Below the pieces are notes generated by a model that was not told the origin of the DNA, made no database searches, and saw only the letters and a list, made by a program, of their open reading frames with translations. From contig JAPLJS010000046.1 in the NCBI GenBank assembly GCA_026388545.1, positions 23,396 to 87,395 on the forward strand: a DNA stretch of 64,000 bases. Direction: 5' to 3'. This DNA comes from Deltaproteobacteria bacterium. Its GTDB lineage: Bacteria; Desulfobacterota; Syntrophia; Syntrophales; UBA2185. A program made the translations under genes and the position numbers. Below are positions 19,940-31,080 of this stretch, piece after piece (the stretch's first letter is position 1; every line of letters begins with the position of its first letter).

Positions 19940-20407
19940 GTGAAGTTTTTAACGGATGTTAATCTCGGAAAATTGGCCAAGTGGCTACGTATTTTAGGCT
20001 ATAATACCGTATATCATACGGGAAATGCGGATCGGAACTTTTTAAAAAAGGCGGCAACGGAGGGAAGAATTGTTCTGACAAGAAAAAAAGATATGGAAAG
20101 GAGGCAGTTTTCAGGCCGGCTTGTCATAATCCACAGTGATCATGTCGAGGAGCAAATAAGCGAGGTGATGGATAAGCTGTCTTTTTCCCCTGATCCTGAG
20201 CGGATATTTAGTATTTGTCTGAGATGTAATGAAGGTTTAGTAGAGGTTAATAGAGAAGAAGTTTTCTGCATGGTTCCAAACCATGTGTTTTTAAGTCATA
20301 CCGAATTTTTTATGTGCCCACTATGCAAGGGTGTCTTCTGGCCGGGCACACATAGAGACAATGTTCAGGGTTATCTCAGGACCCACATTCAGCGTCATCG
20401 CCTCTGA
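19940..20407 (+). CDS. Mut7-C RNase-domain (PIN-like) protein with C-terminal zinc ribbon
   Basis: 155 aa, GTG start. MKFLTDVNLGKLAKWLRILGYNTVY and CLRCN...CPLCKGVFWPGTH. Confidence 0.8.
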   Translation: MKFLTDVNLGKLAKWLRILGYNTVYHTGNADRNFLKKAATEGRIVLTRKKDMERRQFSGRLVIIHSDHVEEQISEVMDKLSFSPDPERIFSICLRCNEGLVEVNREEVFCMVPNHVFLSHTEFFMCPLCKGVFWPGTHRDNVQGYLRTHIQRHRL

Positions 20408-20867
20408 TTTTTTCAACTGCGTGTTTCAATGCAGGCAGGATGACCGCAAGATTCTCCCGGACAGCCTTTGGAGAGCCGGGGAGATTCACAATCAGTGAGT
20501 TACCCCGGATCCCTACAACAGCCCTTGATATCATTGCATGCGGCGTCTTTACAGCACTTGCCCGCCGCATTGCTTCTGCCATACCCGGCACTTCTTTATC
20601 AATTACTTCAAGAGTTGCATCCGGTGTTACGTCCCTCGGACTGACACCAGTACCACCGGTCGTTATAATAAGATCAATGCCCTTTATATCGGCATAGTCA
20701 ATAAGGGCTTCTATTATTTGATCTTTTTCGTCAGGGATTATTTTTGTTTCAACAATGTCGAGACCGATATCCCTTAACATCATCATTATTTCCGGACCGC
20801 TCTTGTCTTCCCTCTCTCCACGGAACCCTCTATCACTTATGGTTATGACACTTGCGTGAATTAACAA
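20376..20867 (-). CDS. MogA/MoaB-family molybdenum cofactor biosynthesis protein
   Basis: 163 aa. ITISDRG..EDKSG, TTGGTGVSPRDVTPDAT, NLPGSPKA. TTG start. The 3' end overlaps the convergent Mut7-C gene by 32 nt. Confidence 0.88.
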   Translation of the reverse strand: MLIHASVITISDRGFRGEREDKSGPEIMMMLRDIGLDIVETKIIPDEKDQIIEALIDYADIKGIDLIITTGGTGVSPRDVTPDATLEVIDKEVPGMAEAMRRASAVKTPHAMISRAVVGIRGNSLIVNLPGSPKAVRENLAVILPALKHAVEKIRGDDAECGS

Positions 20868-20868
20868 T

Positions 20869-22947
20869 TTACTGTTGTTCCTTCTTCGACTCGGCTATTA
20901 TTTTCTCTGCAAAAAAGGGCGGAACCTCTTCATAATGCGAGTGCTCATAGGTAAACGTTCCTCTCCCGCTTGTCATTGATCGGATATCAGGTGCATATCT
21001 CAGTATTTCAGCAAGAGGGACCTGTCCTTTTACAATCCTGTTTGCCCCTTTTGATTCCATCCCCAGGACTTTACCACGCCTGCTATTTAAATCACCGATG
21101 ACGTCACCCATGTATTCATCCGGAATCTCGATATCCAGATTAACAATAGGTTCGAGGAGAACTGGCTGGCACTCCAGAACACCCTTCTTGAATCCCATAG
21201 AGCCTGCTATCTTAAAGGCCATTTCTGATGAATCAACTGTGTGGTAGGAACCGTCTACGAGTAAAACCTTAACATCGACAACGGGATACCCGGCGAGAAC
21301 ACCTTCACCCATTGCTTCGATAATTCCTTTCTCGACAGCGGGCCGATACTGCTGCGGAATAACACCGCCGACGATCTTATCTACAAATTCGAATCCTCCG
21401 CCTCGTGGCATGGGTTCTATGTCAAGCCAGCAATCTCCGAACTGCCCACGGCCTCCGGATTGCTTTTTGTACTTTCCCTGGATATTGGTTTTCCCTTTGA
21501 TTGTCTCCCTATAAGGGACCTTGGGCGTTTTTAACGTAACTTCAACACCGAATTTTCTTTTCATTTTTTCGATGGAGACTTCGATATGAATCTGCCCCAT
21601 TCCGGACAGGATCATCTCCTTGGTCTGTTCTTCGCGGTGAAATGTAAGGATTGGATCTTCCTCGATTATACGATTGATAGAGGAAACGATCTTGTCCTCA
21701 TCTCCCCTGCTCTTTGGGGCCACGGCAAAAGACATAATGGTCGGTGGCGGTACTACCATTTCAAAAATTATGGGGACTTTCTCGCCGCATACCGTATCAC
21801 CGGTGGCTGTTTCCTTCAGTTTCGCGACTGCAGCAATATCTCCCGGAACGAGCGATTCAACCGGTTTTTGGTTTTTACCCTCAAGAAAAAAGATATTTCC
21901 AAACCTTTCTGTGATTTTTCGTGTTGAATTGTAAAACGTTGAATCAGAGGTGACTGTTCCCGAAAAGACACGAAATAATGTCAACCGTCCGGCGTATGGG
22001 TCTGCAATGGTCTTGAAAACGAGTGCAGAAAAGGGAGCAGATTCTTCTGGATTCCTGATTTCCGCTTCGTCATTACCCGGTTTTTTCCCGGTAACCGGGC
22101 CGCGATCCACGGGGGAGGGAAGGGCAGTGATAATCAAATCGATCATTGATGCGACGCCAATATTCTTTGTTGCCGAACCGCACACAACAGGTACGAGGGT
22201 GCCGGATATTACACCCTTCTTCAGGCCAATTTTCAGTTCATCAGCGCTCAGTTCGCCTGCTTCCAGGTACTTTTCCATGAGTGATTCGTCGGATTCAGCG
22301 ATATCTTCCACCATATTCTCCCGGTATTTTTCGACAGTGTCCAACATATCAGGCGGGATTTCTGCTGATTTATAGGTACCCTTGAGATTATCAAAGATCA
22401 GGGCCTTCTTGTTTATAAGGTCAACTACCCCCTTGAAGGTTTCTTCTTTGCCGATCGGCAGGACTATGGGTGTGGCCTTTTTACCCAGACGGCTATTGAT
22501 ACTCTCGACGGTTTTTACAAAATCAGCCCTCTCACGGTCCATTCTGTTGATAAAGGCGACTCGGGGCAGTTTGTACTCGTCCGCATATTCCCAGACCTTC
22601 TCTGTTTGAAATTCTACACCTCCAACAGCATCTATGACGACAATGACTCCATCGGCAATACGGAGACAATTCTTTGTATCATAGGCAAAATTGGAATCCC
22701 CCGGCGTGTCAAGAATAGTAATTTTATGTTTTTCCCATTCGAAGAAATTTGTAGCTGCACTGATAGAAATATGCCGTTTCTGTTCTTCCGGTTCAAAATC
22801 CATACAGGAAGTTCCGTCATCAACCTTCCCCGGCCTGTCTGTTTTACCAGAGATGAATAGGAATGATTCACATAGAGACGTCTTTCCTGTTGCTCCGTGC
22901 CCTACAATTGCCACATTTCTTAAGTAATTAGATTCATATTTTGCCAT
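20869..22947 (-). CDS. Elongation factor G paralogue (EF-G2 / EFG-II type)
   Basis: G1 motif is VGHGATGKTS rather than AHIDAGKT, with DTPGDSNF and NRMDRE. All five EF-G domains appear to be present. The ATG at 22947 is preceded by AAGGAG. The 10-codon upstream extension in the ORF track is unlikely. Confidence 0.9.
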   Translation of the reverse strand: MAKYESNYLRNVAIVGHGATGKTSLCESFLFISGKTDRPGKVDDGTSCMDFEPEEQKRHISISAATNFFEWEKHKITILDTPGDSNFAYDTKNCLRIADGVIVVIDAVGGVEFQTEKVWEYADEYKLPRVAFINRMDRERADFVKTVESINSRLGKKATPIVLPIGKEETFKGVVDLINKKALIFDNLKGTYKSAEIPPDMLDTVEKYRENMVEDIAESDESLMEKYLEAGELSADELKIGLKKGVISGTLVPVVCGSATKNIGVASMIDLIITALPSPVDRGPVTGKKPGNDEAEIRNPEESAPFSALVFKTIADPYAGRLTLFRVFSGTVTSDSTFYNSTRKITERFGNIFFLEGKNQKPVESLVPGDIAAVAKLKETATGDTVCGEKVPIIFEMVVPPPTIMSFAVAPKSRGDEDKIVSSINRIIEEDPILTFHREEQTKEMILSGMGQIHIEVSIEKMKRKFGVEVTLKTPKVPYRETIKGKTNIQGKYKKQSGGRGQFGDCWLDIEPMPRGGGFEFVDKIVGGVIPQQYRPAVEKGIIEAMGEGVLAGYPVVDVKVLLVDGSYHTVDSSEMAFKIAGSMGFKKGVLECQPVLLEPIVNLDIEIPDEYMGDVIGDLNSRRGKVLGMESKGANRIVKGQVPLAEILRYAPDIRSMTSGRGTFTYEHSHYEEVPPFFAEKIIAESKKEQQ

Positions 22948-23112
22948 GGAAACTCCTTTCAAAATTACCGGTAACAAATGTTCTCTATGTTCGCGGTGTG
23001 TAGCGTATTGTCCCTTGCAAAGTCAAGTCAATTTTCTGAAATGTACATAAACTCTCCTTGACTTTTGATACGTTTATGGTAGTTTTACGGTTCTTCATTT
23101 ATATGAGGAGAT

Positions 23113-24033
23113 ATGAAAGGAATAAAGATGCCCAATAATTTTTATACCTTCCTGATAATCCCCAAGAAAAAAAGTTCCACCAAGAAATTTACGATTTCGA
23201 GTAAACTTTTAAAAGGCATTGTATATTGCATTATAATTATCAGCCTGTCTTTTATGTATACATATTATGACTATATTAAAATAAAGAGGGATAAGAGTGA
23301 ACTGGATCGCTTTAAAAGACTAACGAAAGAACAAAATTTACAGATAGAGGGTTTAGTTGAAAAGGTAAATAATTTTGCCATGAAGATGGAGGAACTCAAT
23401 CAGCTCGATAAAAATGTTAGGGTGATGGCGCATCTTGAAGATAATCGCTATAAAGGACAGATGCTTGGTATTGGTGGATCGATAAGTGAAGAAACAAGAA
23501 TAAAATCAAGCGTCGATACCGATCAAAAGATGGTCATTGCGAAAATTCAACAGAATATCGATCAAATGACGAAAGACGCAACCGACCAGAAGAACAGTTT
23601 TCATGAGTTGCTTAAGTTTCTGAAAGAACGGAAATCCATAATTGCTGCTACACCATCAATTTGGCCTGTTCAGGGCTGGGTTACGTCGGAGTTTGGATAC
23701 AGAACATCACCACTGGGAGGAGCAAAGGAATTTCATAAAGGAATTGATATTGCAACGCGAGTGGGTCTACAGATAGTGGCCCCTGCTGATGGTATGGTTA
23801 CCGAGATAGCTTATGATCGAGATGTGGGACATATGATTAGGATAGATCATGGACACGGGGTGACCACCTGGTATGGTCATCTCCTGAAAAGTGCAATTCA
23901 ACAGGGAAGTATGGTAAAGAGGGGAGATCTGATCGGTTATGTTGGAAATTCCGGTAGGAGTACAGGTTCGCATCTCCACTACACCGTATTACTGAACGGT
24001 GTTCCTGTTAATCCGCGTAAGTATTTGAATTAG
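23113..24033 (+). CDS. M23-family (LytM-type) metallopeptidase with N-terminal TM segment and coiled coil
   Basis: 306 aa. HKGIDIA...GHLLK...GNSGRSTGSHLHY. Confidence 0.85.
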   Translation: MKGIKMPNNFYTFLIIPKKKSSTKKFTISSKLLKGIVYCIIIISLSFMYTYYDYIKIKRDKSELDRFKRLTKEQNLQIEGLVEKVNNFAMKMEELNQLDKNVRVMAHLEDNRYKGQMLGIGGSISEETRIKSSVDTDQKMVIAKIQQNIDQMTKDATDQKNSFHELLKFLKERKSIIAATPSIWPVQGWVTSEFGYRTSPLGGAKEFHKGIDIATRVGLQIVAPADGMVTEIAYDRDVGHMIRIDHGHGVTTWYGHLLKSAIQQGSMVKRGDLIGYVGNSGRSTGSHLHYTVLLNGVPVNPRKYLN

Positions 24034-24126
24034 ATTTTGCCCATCGGTCCTTTAATAATGCATGATTGATGGTTATTGTTATCGAACAGCCCGGTATTAT
24101 ACCGGTTTTTTTTTAGAGGGGCAGGT

Positions 24127-26643
24127 ATGTTTTTTTCACTACTGGAAAAGATAATAGGCAGTCAAAATGATCGCGAATTAAAACGACTGTCTTTGATCCT
24201 TGATGAAGTAAATGATCTTGAGCCGTCCATGATGGCACTGAGTGATGGGGAACTCAAAGCAAAGACGCTGTATTTTAAAGAAAGACTTCAAAATGGTGCA
24301 GAGCTTGGCGACATACTGGTTGAGGCATTTGCAGTCGCCAGAGAAGCAGCAAGACGCACCGTATTTATGAGACCGTTTGATGTTCAGATTATCGGAGGTC
24401 TCATCCTCCATGAGGGGAAAATTACCGAAATGAAAACGGGAGAGGGGAAAACCCTGGCAGCAACCCTCCCGCTCTATCTCAATGCGCTGACAGGCGAGGG
24501 TTGCCATTTGGTAACGGTAAATGATTATTTGGCACAGAGGGATGCCCAGTGGATGGGGCCAATCTATAACTTCCTGGGACTTTCAGTCGGCGTTATTGTT
24601 CATGGCATGGATGATGACGAAAGAAGGAAAGCGTATCATGCCGATATTACCTATGGCACCAATAATGAATTTGGGTTCGATTACCTCCGTGATAACATGA
24701 AATTCACCCTTGAAGATTATGTTCAACGGGAGTTCAATTATGCAATTGTTGATGAGGTGGACAGCATCCTCATCGATGAGGCAAGAACACCCCTTATAAT
24801 ATCCGGCCCATCGGAGGAGTCTACCGATAAGTACTACAAAATCAATCAGATCATACCCGTATTGAGAAAGGAAAAAGATTACACGATTGATGAAAAGAGC
24901 CGTACGGTAGTTCTTACGGAAGAAGGTGTAGCACGGGTAGAAAAAAATCTCAAAGTTCAGAACCTCTTTGAGCCCAGGAACATAGAGCTGCTCCATCACG
25001 TAAACCAGGCATTGAAGGCTCATACACTCTTCAGACGCGACGTTGATTACCTTGTAAAAGAGGGACAAGTGATCATCGTTGACGAATTCACGGGAAGGGT
25101 CATGCCGGGAAGGAGGTACAGTGACGGCTTGCATCAGGCCCTGGAAGCAAAAGAGAAAGTAAAAATAGAGAGAGAAAATCAGACGCTTGCGTCAATAACA
25201 TTTCAGAATTACTTCAGGATGTATAAGAAACTGGCGGGAATGACAGGTACTGCCGATACCGAAGCCGCCGAATTCAAGAAAATATATAATCTCGATGTAA
25301 TCGTTGCCCCAACAAATATGCCGATGATACGAACAGATAATCCCGATGTGATCTACAAAACAGAAGCAGAAAAATTTAATGCCGTTATTGAAGAGATTAA
25401 GATTCTGCACAAAGAAAAAAGGCCAGTCCTGGTCGGTACGATATCGATTGAAAAGTCTGAACTCTTAAGCAGGTATCTTTCGAAGACCGGGATCAAGCAT
25501 CATGTCCTGAATGCAAAGCAACATGATAAAGAAGCAGAAATCGTTGCCCAGGCAGGACAGCCGGGCATGGTGACCATATCAACGAATATGGCAGGTCGAG
25601 GAACCGATATAAAGCTTGGTGAAGGTGTCGCTGAGCTCGGAGGTCTCCACATTCTCGGAACGGAAAGACATGAAAGCCGTCGCATTGATAACCAACTCAG
25701 GGGCAGGTCGGGACGCCAGGGAGATATGGGATCTTCACGGTTTTACCTTGCTCTTGAAGATGATCTCCTGAGGATATTTGGCGCCGAAAGGATTTCATCA
25801 GTAATGGACCGGATCGGCATGGAAGAAAATCAGCCGATTGAACATAAGCTTATTTCAAAGGCAATTGAGAATGCACAAAAAAGGGTGGAGGCTCATAATT
25901 TCGATATTCGCAAGCACCTGTTGGAATTCGACGATGTTATGAACAGGCAGAGGCAGGTAATTTACGAGCAGCGTAAGCGGGTACTGAAGGGTGAGGATCC
26001 ATGGGCGGATATTGAAGACATGATTGAGGAGATCGTTGAGGGAATTGTTCCAGATTTTATTGACGAAAAGTCTCATCCCGAGGAATGGAACCTTAAGGGA
26101 CTGGATGACATGGTTTTCAAACAATTTTCCCTACGATTAAATTTCAGCGAATCAGGGAGGAATATCGATGGGGACGCCATTGTGGAAGAAATTATTTCCG
26201 GGGTAAAAAGCATGCTCAGAAACAAAGAGCAGGAATACGGAAAACCAATTATGGATTATCTCATTAAGGTAATCATGCTGCAGTCCATTGATAATCACTG
26301 GAAGGATCATCTCCTGAACATGGATCACCTGAAGGAAGGCATTGGCCTCAGGGGATACGGACAAAAAGATCCCGTCAGGGAATACCAGAAAGAGGGTTAT
26401 GAAATGTTCATGGACATGACCCACCGCATTAAAGAAGATACCATCGAAAAACTCTGTATTGTCAGGATCCAGAGGGAAGAAGAGATCGAAGAAATGCGAG
26501 AACAGGAACGTCAGGATTATATCCTGAGCCGGGGAGAAGATACAGCGGCGCCAACTACAGTGAAGAGTGATGCTAAGAAGGTTGGGAGAAATGACCCGTG
26601 TCCGTGCGGGAGCGGGAAGAAATTCAAGAAGTGCTGCGGATAG
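24127..26643 (+). CDS. secA: Preprotein translocase ATPase SecA
   Basis: [21 protein letters not shown] start, Walker [30 protein letters not shown]-terminal zinc motif [14 protein letters not shown]. The start is chosen at the internal ATG of ORF 24076..26643. Confidence 0.97.
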   Translation: MFFSLLEKIIGSQNDRELKRLSLILDEVNDLEPSMMALSDGELKAKTLYFKERLQNGAELGDILVEAFAVAREAARRTVFMRPFDVQIIGGLILHEGKITEMKTGEGKTLAATLPLYLNALTGEGCHLVTVNDYLAQRDAQWMGPIYNFLGLSVGVIVHGMDDDERRKAYHADITYGTNNEFGFDYLRDNMKFTLEDYVQREFNYAIVDEVDSILIDEARTPLIISGPSEESTDKYYKINQIIPVLRKEKDYTIDEKSRTVVLTEEGVARVEKNLKVQNLFEPRNIELLHHVNQALKAHTLFRRDVDYLVKEGQVIIVDEFTGRVMPGRRYSDGLHQALEAKEKVKIERENQTLASITFQNYFRMYKKLAGMTGTADTEAAEFKKIYNLDVIVAPTNMPMIRTDNPDVIYKTEAEKFNAVIEEIKILHKEKRPVLVGTISIEKSELLSRYLSKTGIKHHVLNAKQHDKEAEIVAQAGQPGMVTISTNMAGRGTDIKLGEGVAELGGLHILGTERHESRRIDNQLRGRSGRQGDMGSSRFYLALEDDLLRIFGAERISSVMDRIGMEENQPIEHKLISKAIENAQKRVEAHNFDIRKHLLEFDDVMNRQRQVIYEQRKRVLKGEDPWADIEDMIEEIVEGIVPDFIDEKSHPEEWNLKGLDDMVFKQFSLRLNFSESGRNIDGDAIVEEIISGVKSMLRNKEQEYGKPIMDYLIKVIMLQSIDNHWKDHLLNMDHLKEGIGLRGYGQKDPVREYQKEGYEMFMDMTHRIKEDTIEKLCIVRIQREEEIEEMREQERQDYILSRGEDTAAPTTVKSDAKKVGRNDPCPCGSGKKFKKCCG

Positions 26644-26673
26644 AATCAAATAACGGGAGATTATGGAAATACT

Positions 26674-27873
26674 ATGACTGAGAATACAGATACATACATC
26701 GTTCCGGGATTTCTGGCCAACGGTATTCACGCCGGCATCAAGGAAGCTGGCATGGATGACCTTGCTCTTATTTATTCTATTGTGCCTGCAAAGGCGGCAG
26801 GGGTGTTTACGGGAAATTGCTTTAAAGCAGCACCGGTTCTACTCGATATGGAAAAGATAAAGGCCGGAGTAGCCCAGGCAATTCTGGTAAACAGCGGTAA
26901 TGCGAATGCAGCAACCGGTCAGGCTGGATATCAGGATGCAGTGAGCATGTCCAAAAGCGCTTCCAATACACTGAATATTAGGGATGAACTTGTTTTAGTA
27001 GCATCTACAGGTATAATTGGTCACAGGCTTCCCGTAAAGAAAATTGAATTGGGTATGACCACGTTGATTAATGGTTTGCATCCGAACGGTATTATTACAG
27101 CGGCAAATGCGATCATGACAACAGATAAATTTCCCAAAATGGCTTGCCGGAGGAGAATTATTGGTTCAAAAAAAATCACGGTATGCGGTATTGCAAAGGG
27201 AGCAGGTATGATAGAACCCCATATGGCAACCATGCTTGCGTTTGCCATGACCGATGCAGATATTGATCCTTATACCCTGAATACAGTTTTTAAGCAGGCG
27301 GTAAACGGGAGCTTTAATGCAATATCCGTAGACGGATGCATGAGTACAAATGATACGGCAATAATTTTAGCCAATGGTGTTGCCGGAAATAAACAACTTA
27401 AGGGAGGTTCCAGGGATATATCTCTGTTTAAGGAAATGATTTTCAATGTCTTGTCCGAACTATCGCAGGCCATGGTCAGGGATGGTGAAGGGGCGACAAA
27501 GGTTATAGAAATCTTCGTTGATGAGGCAAAATCTAGAGGAGATGCAAAAAAAGTTGCCTATGCCGTCGCTAACTCAAATCTGGTTAAAACCGCCTTTTTC
27601 GGTTGTGATCCCAACTGGGGGAGAATCCTGGGGGCTGCCGGTTCAGCCGGTATTCATTTACCTGTTGATGCTCTTAAACTATACTTTGACGAAATTCCGG
27701 TGTTTGCTCATGGATGTGGGATTGATGGTCATGAAGATGAGCTTTCAGAAATCATGTCCAGGGCTGACATTAAGGTACATCTTAAACTTGGCATGGGGAA
27801 TAAAGCATATAGAGTATGCACTTCTGATCTTTCCTTGGAATATATAAAAATTAATGCCCACTATCGTACATAA
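26674..27873 (+). CDS. argJ: Bifunctional ornithine acetyltransferase / N-acetylglutamate synthase
   Basis: 399 aa. Autoprocessing site HMATMLAFAMTDA. Confidence 0.95.
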   Translation: MTENTDTYIVPGFLANGIHAGIKEAGMDDLALIYSIVPAKAAGVFTGNCFKAAPVLLDMEKIKAGVAQAILVNSGNANAATGQAGYQDAVSMSKSASNTLNIRDELVLVASTGIIGHRLPVKKIELGMTTLINGLHPNGIITAANAIMTTDKFPKMACRRRIIGSKKITVCGIAKGAGMIEPHMATMLAFAMTDADIDPYTLNTVFKQAVNGSFNAISVDGCMSTNDTAIILANGVAGNKQLKGGSRDISLFKEMIFNVLSELSQAMVRDGEGATKVIEIFVDEAKSRGDAKKVAYAVANSNLVKTAFFGCDPNWGRILGAAGSAGIHLPVDALKLYFDEIPVFAHGCGIDGHEDELSEIMSRADIKVHLKLGMGNKAYRVCTSDLSLEYIKINAHYRT

Positions 27874-28099
27874 ATATAAGAATAATTTTGGCGGATGACT
27901 GATTAGAAAAATCATATGATCATGCATTGCCCTTCATTATAGACTTCACCATTTTTCACTTGCTAATTGTGAATCTTTATGCTATCTGCCAGCGAATTTC
28001 ACACATCCTTTGATTGTCGGGGTGTTGCTTTTATAAATGAAAAGTTCCCCGTGCAAAGAGATAAGGGTGGCGGTAAAAAAACATAAAAGGAGTTAAGGT

Positions 28100-28906
28100 A
28101 TGGCAAATATTTCCATGAAATTGTTACTTGAGGCGGGCGTCCACTTTGGTCACCAGACGAATAAGTGGAATCCAAAGATGAAACAGTACATATTTGGGGC
28201 GAGAAACGGTATTTATATCATAGATCTGCAGCAGACCGTAGGAATGTTTAAGGCCGCTTATGATTTTGTTGTTGATCTGGTGGCAAGAGGAGGAGAAATT
28301 CTCTTTGTCGGAACCAAAAAGCAATCTCAGGAAGCCATAAAAGAAGAGGCAGAAAGGTGCGGGATGCCTTATGTCAATCAGCGCTGGTTAGGTGGAATGC
28401 TTACCAATTTTCATACCGTCAGTAAGAGGATTGATAGGCTCAACACCTTGGAAAAAATGTTTTTAGATGAAAGCGTTAAGGCCTTTCCCAAAAAGGAGAT
28501 TATGAAGCTTCAGAAAGAGATGAACAAGCTTGAAAAAGTCCTGGGAGGTATAAAGAAGATAAAACGACCTCCTCGAGGCTTGTTCGTCGTAGATCCAAAG
28601 AGAGAGAGTATTGCCGTCAAGGAAGCACAAAAGTTAAAAATTCCCCTAATAGCTATTGTAGATACCAATTGTGATCCAGATGACATTGATTATGTCATCC
28701 CGGGAAATGATGATGCCATTAGGGCAATAAAGCTTTTTGCTTCAAAGATTGCAGATGCAGTGATTGAGGGCAAAAAGGTGTTTGATGAAAATATTCAGGC
28801 TGATACTGACAAGGAAGTACAGGCTGAAGTTTTAGGGCAAAGTGAAGATCCGGAATCAGATGTTCCTGAATCTGTCGAAACAAAGGATGGAATAACTGAT
28901 TATTAG
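28100..28906 (+). CDS. rpsB: 30S ribosomal protein S2
   Basis: [19 protein letters not shown] and an acidic C-terminal tail. Confidence 0.97.
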   Translation: MANISMKLLLEAGVHFGHQTNKWNPKMKQYIFGARNGIYIIDLQQTVGMFKAAYDFVVDLVARGGEILFVGTKKQSQEAIKEEAERCGMPYVNQRWLGGMLTNFHTVSKRIDRLNTLEKMFLDESVKAFPKKEIMKLQKEMNKLEKVLGGIKKIKRPPRGLFVVDPKRESIAVKEAQKLKIPLIAIVDTNCDPDDIDYVIPGNDDAIRAIKLFASKIADAVIEGKKVFDENIQADTDKEVQAEVLGQSEDPESDVPESVETKDGITDY

Positions 28907-28969
28907 GAAGCTTTTGAAGGTGATATAAAGCGAAATATAAAATGAGAAATGAGGGGGAGGTAGGATAAA

Positions 28970-29575
28970 TTGAGCATTACGTCAACAATGGTTAAAGAAC
29001 TGAGAGATAAAACAGGCGCCGGTATAATGGATTGCAAGGAAGCCCTCAATGTATCTGTTGGGGACTTTGAAAGGGCAATCGATTATTTAAGAAAAAAAGG
29101 TATGTCCGCAGCTACCAAGAGATCATCAAAGGCGGCAAAAGATGGCGTTGTTGCATCGTATATACATATGGGAGGAAGAATAGGTGTTTTAGTAGAGGTT
29201 AATTGCGAAACAGACTTTGTAGCTAAAACAGTTGATTTTCAACTTGTTGCGAAGGATCTGGCAATGCATGTAGCCGCAGCAAACCCTCTATATGTCAAGC
29301 CTGAAGAAATACCTCCCGATATTGTCAGCCGAGAGAAGGAAATTTATAAAAGCCAGGCCCTGGCGGAAAAGAAACCCGAAAAGATTTGGGATAAAATAAT
29401 AGAAGGCAAACTTAAAAAGTACTATGAGGATGTGTGCCTTCTCAATCAAAAGTTCATTAAAGATACGGATATTACCGTTGAAACCCTGATCAATAATATG
29501 ATCGCAAAAACAGGCGAAAATATTGTCATCAGAAGATTTGCGCGGTTTCAGCTCGGCGAAGAATTGAAGAAATAA
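28970..29575 (+). CDS. tsf: Elongation factor Ts
   Basis: TTG start. VKELRDKTGAGIMDCKEAL and the position after rpsB. Confidence 0.95.
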   Translation: MSITSTMVKELRDKTGAGIMDCKEALNVSVGDFERAIDYLRKKGMSAATKRSSKAAKDGVVASYIHMGGRIGVLVEVNCETDFVAKTVDFQLVAKDLAMHVAAANPLYVKPEEIPPDIVSREKEIYKSQALAEKKPEKIWDKIIEGKLKKYYEDVCLLNQKFIKDTDITVETLINNMIAKTGENIVIRRFARFQLGEELKK

Positions 29576-29578
29576 TCA

Positions 29579-30295
29579 ATGGATCAATCTGTTTACAAAA
29601 GAGTTCTTTTAAAATTGAGTGGTGAAGTCCTTATGGGGAAGGGCTCTTATGGGATAGATTCTGATGCGGTTTCAATCATTGCCGGAGAAATTAAGGACGT
29701 TGTTGAACTCGGTGTACAGTTGGGTGTGGTAGTTGGCGGTGGAAATATATTTCGTGGATTTGAGGCCAATTTGAAGGGGATGGATCGAACATCTGCAGAT
29801 TATATGGGTATGCTCGCCACAGTAATAAACAGCCTTGCTCTTCAGAGCGCCCTTGAAAAATTGGATGTTGTAACGAGAGTTCAAACCGCCATTGAAATGA
29901 AAGCGGTTGCAGAGCCTTTTATCCAGAGGAGGGCTGTACGTCACCTGGAAAAAGGAAGGGTTGTCATATTTGCAGGCGGTACAGGTAACCCTTACTTTAC
30001 TACGGATACGGCTGCTTCGTTAAGGGCCGTAGAGATAAAAGCTGATATTATCGTGAAAGCAACCAAAGTCGATGGGGTTTATGACAAAGATCCGGTTAAA
30101 TATGGCGATGCAAAGATGTTCGAAAAGATCACTTATAACGATGTGCTGATGAGACATCTTAAAGTTATGGATGCGACTGCTATTTCTCTGTGTAGAGAGA
30201 ATAATCTTCCCATTGTCGTCTTTAATTTGCAGAAGGCCGGGAATATCAAGCGTGTAATATGCGGGCTATCTGTAGGAACAATTGTTAGAGGTTAG
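29579..30295 (+). CDS. pyrH: UMP kinase
   Basis: [11 protein letters not shown]...[10 protein letters not shown]...[16 protein letters not shown]. Confidence 0.96.
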   Translation: MDQSVYKRVLLKLSGEVLMGKGSYGIDSDAVSIIAGEIKDVVELGVQLGVVVGGGNIFRGFEANLKGMDRTSADYMGMLATVINSLALQSALEKLDVVTRVQTAIEMKAVAEPFIQRRAVRHLEKGRVVIFAGGTGNPYFTTDTAASLRAVEIKADIIVKATKVDGVYDKDPVKYGDAKMFEKITYNDVLMRHLKVMDATAISLCRENNLPIVVFNLQKAGNIKRVICGLSVGTIVRG

Positions 30296-30296
30296 A

Positions 30297-30854
30297 ATGA
30301 AGGATTTAATCTTTGAGGAATTGAAAGACAACATGGAAAAAGCGATCCGCGCTTTTGAAAAATCCTTGAATAAAGTAAGAACAGGGAGGGCATCACTGTC
30401 CCTTTTTGATGGTATTAAAGTGGAATATTACGGAGTTCCGACACCGCTAAACCAGGTTGCAACACTATCCGTACCGGAGAGCCGCCTGATTGTAATATCA
30501 CCGTGGGATAGCAGTATTATAGGAAGTATTGAAAAAGCTATACAGAAATCTGATCTTGGTCTGATGCCGACAAATGACGGAAAATTAATTCGCATTTCTA
30601 TTCCTCAACTGACTGAAGAGCGAAGAAAAGAACTTGTAAAGGTTGTAAAAAGGCTCGCAGAAGAATGTAAAATAAACCTGAGAAATGTGAGAAGGGAGAC
30701 GAACGATCAGTTAAAGACTCTAAAAAAGGATAATGATATCTCCGAAGATGAATTTTATGCACACCAGGAGGAAGTTCAGGAGATAACCGATAAATACATA
30801 GAAAAAACCGACACTATCTTTGTTTCCAAAGAAAAAGAAATAATGGAAATATAA
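30297..30854 (+). CDS. frr: Ribosome recycling factor
   Basis: The ATG at 30297 directly follows the pyrH stop. KVRTGRASLSLFDGIKVEYYG. Confidence 0.95.
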   Translation: MKDLIFEELKDNMEKAIRAFEKSLNKVRTGRASLSLFDGIKVEYYGVPTPLNQVATLSVPESRLIVISPWDSSIIGSIEKAIQKSDLGLMPTNDGKLIRISIPQLTEERRKELVKVVKRLAEECKINLRNVRRETNDQLKTLKKDNDISEDEFYAHQEEVQEITDKYIEKTDTIFVSKEKEIMEI

Positions 30855-30880
30855 ATATATATTCGTGCATAATAGATACG

Positions 30881-30910
30881 AAGGGAGCCTTTTGGCTCCT
30901 TATTTGTTTT
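30881..30910 (+). terminator. Rho-independent terminator after frr
   Basis: GGAGCC-tttt-GGCTCC followed by TTATTTGTTTT. Confidence 0.7.
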
Positions 30911-31080
30911 GAGAATATAATATTTAGATCTTTTACACGTTATACGTTTTGTGATTTTTATTAAAATACTTTACAATTCTTTGTTTTTTCATTCGTGTGC
31001 CTTGATATTTATCCGGGGTTGTGTTACTTTAATAAAATAATAATTATCAGTAGATGTATATAAGAATAGGTATATGTTGA

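Noticed and set aside
24076-24126. N-terminal extensions offered by the ORF track for secA, frr (30282), dxr (32579), EF-G2 (22977), the amidase (47852), MFS (51067) and the aminotransferase (58900).
   Set aside because: In each case the conserved protein N-terminus begins at an internal ATG, often with an RBS or a stop/start overlap with the upstream gene. The extensions were trimmed.
26152-26730. 192-aa ORF antisense to the 3' end of secA. There are similar long antisense ORFs at 24583..25134, 21950..22375, 4189..4644, 63051..63476, 44205..44594 and 44510..44878.
   Set aside because: Each lies fully opposite a gene with unmistakable conserved motifs. Their translations are low-complexity or Cys/Ser/Phe-rich with no recognisable motif or RBS. 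They are most likely shadow ORFs.
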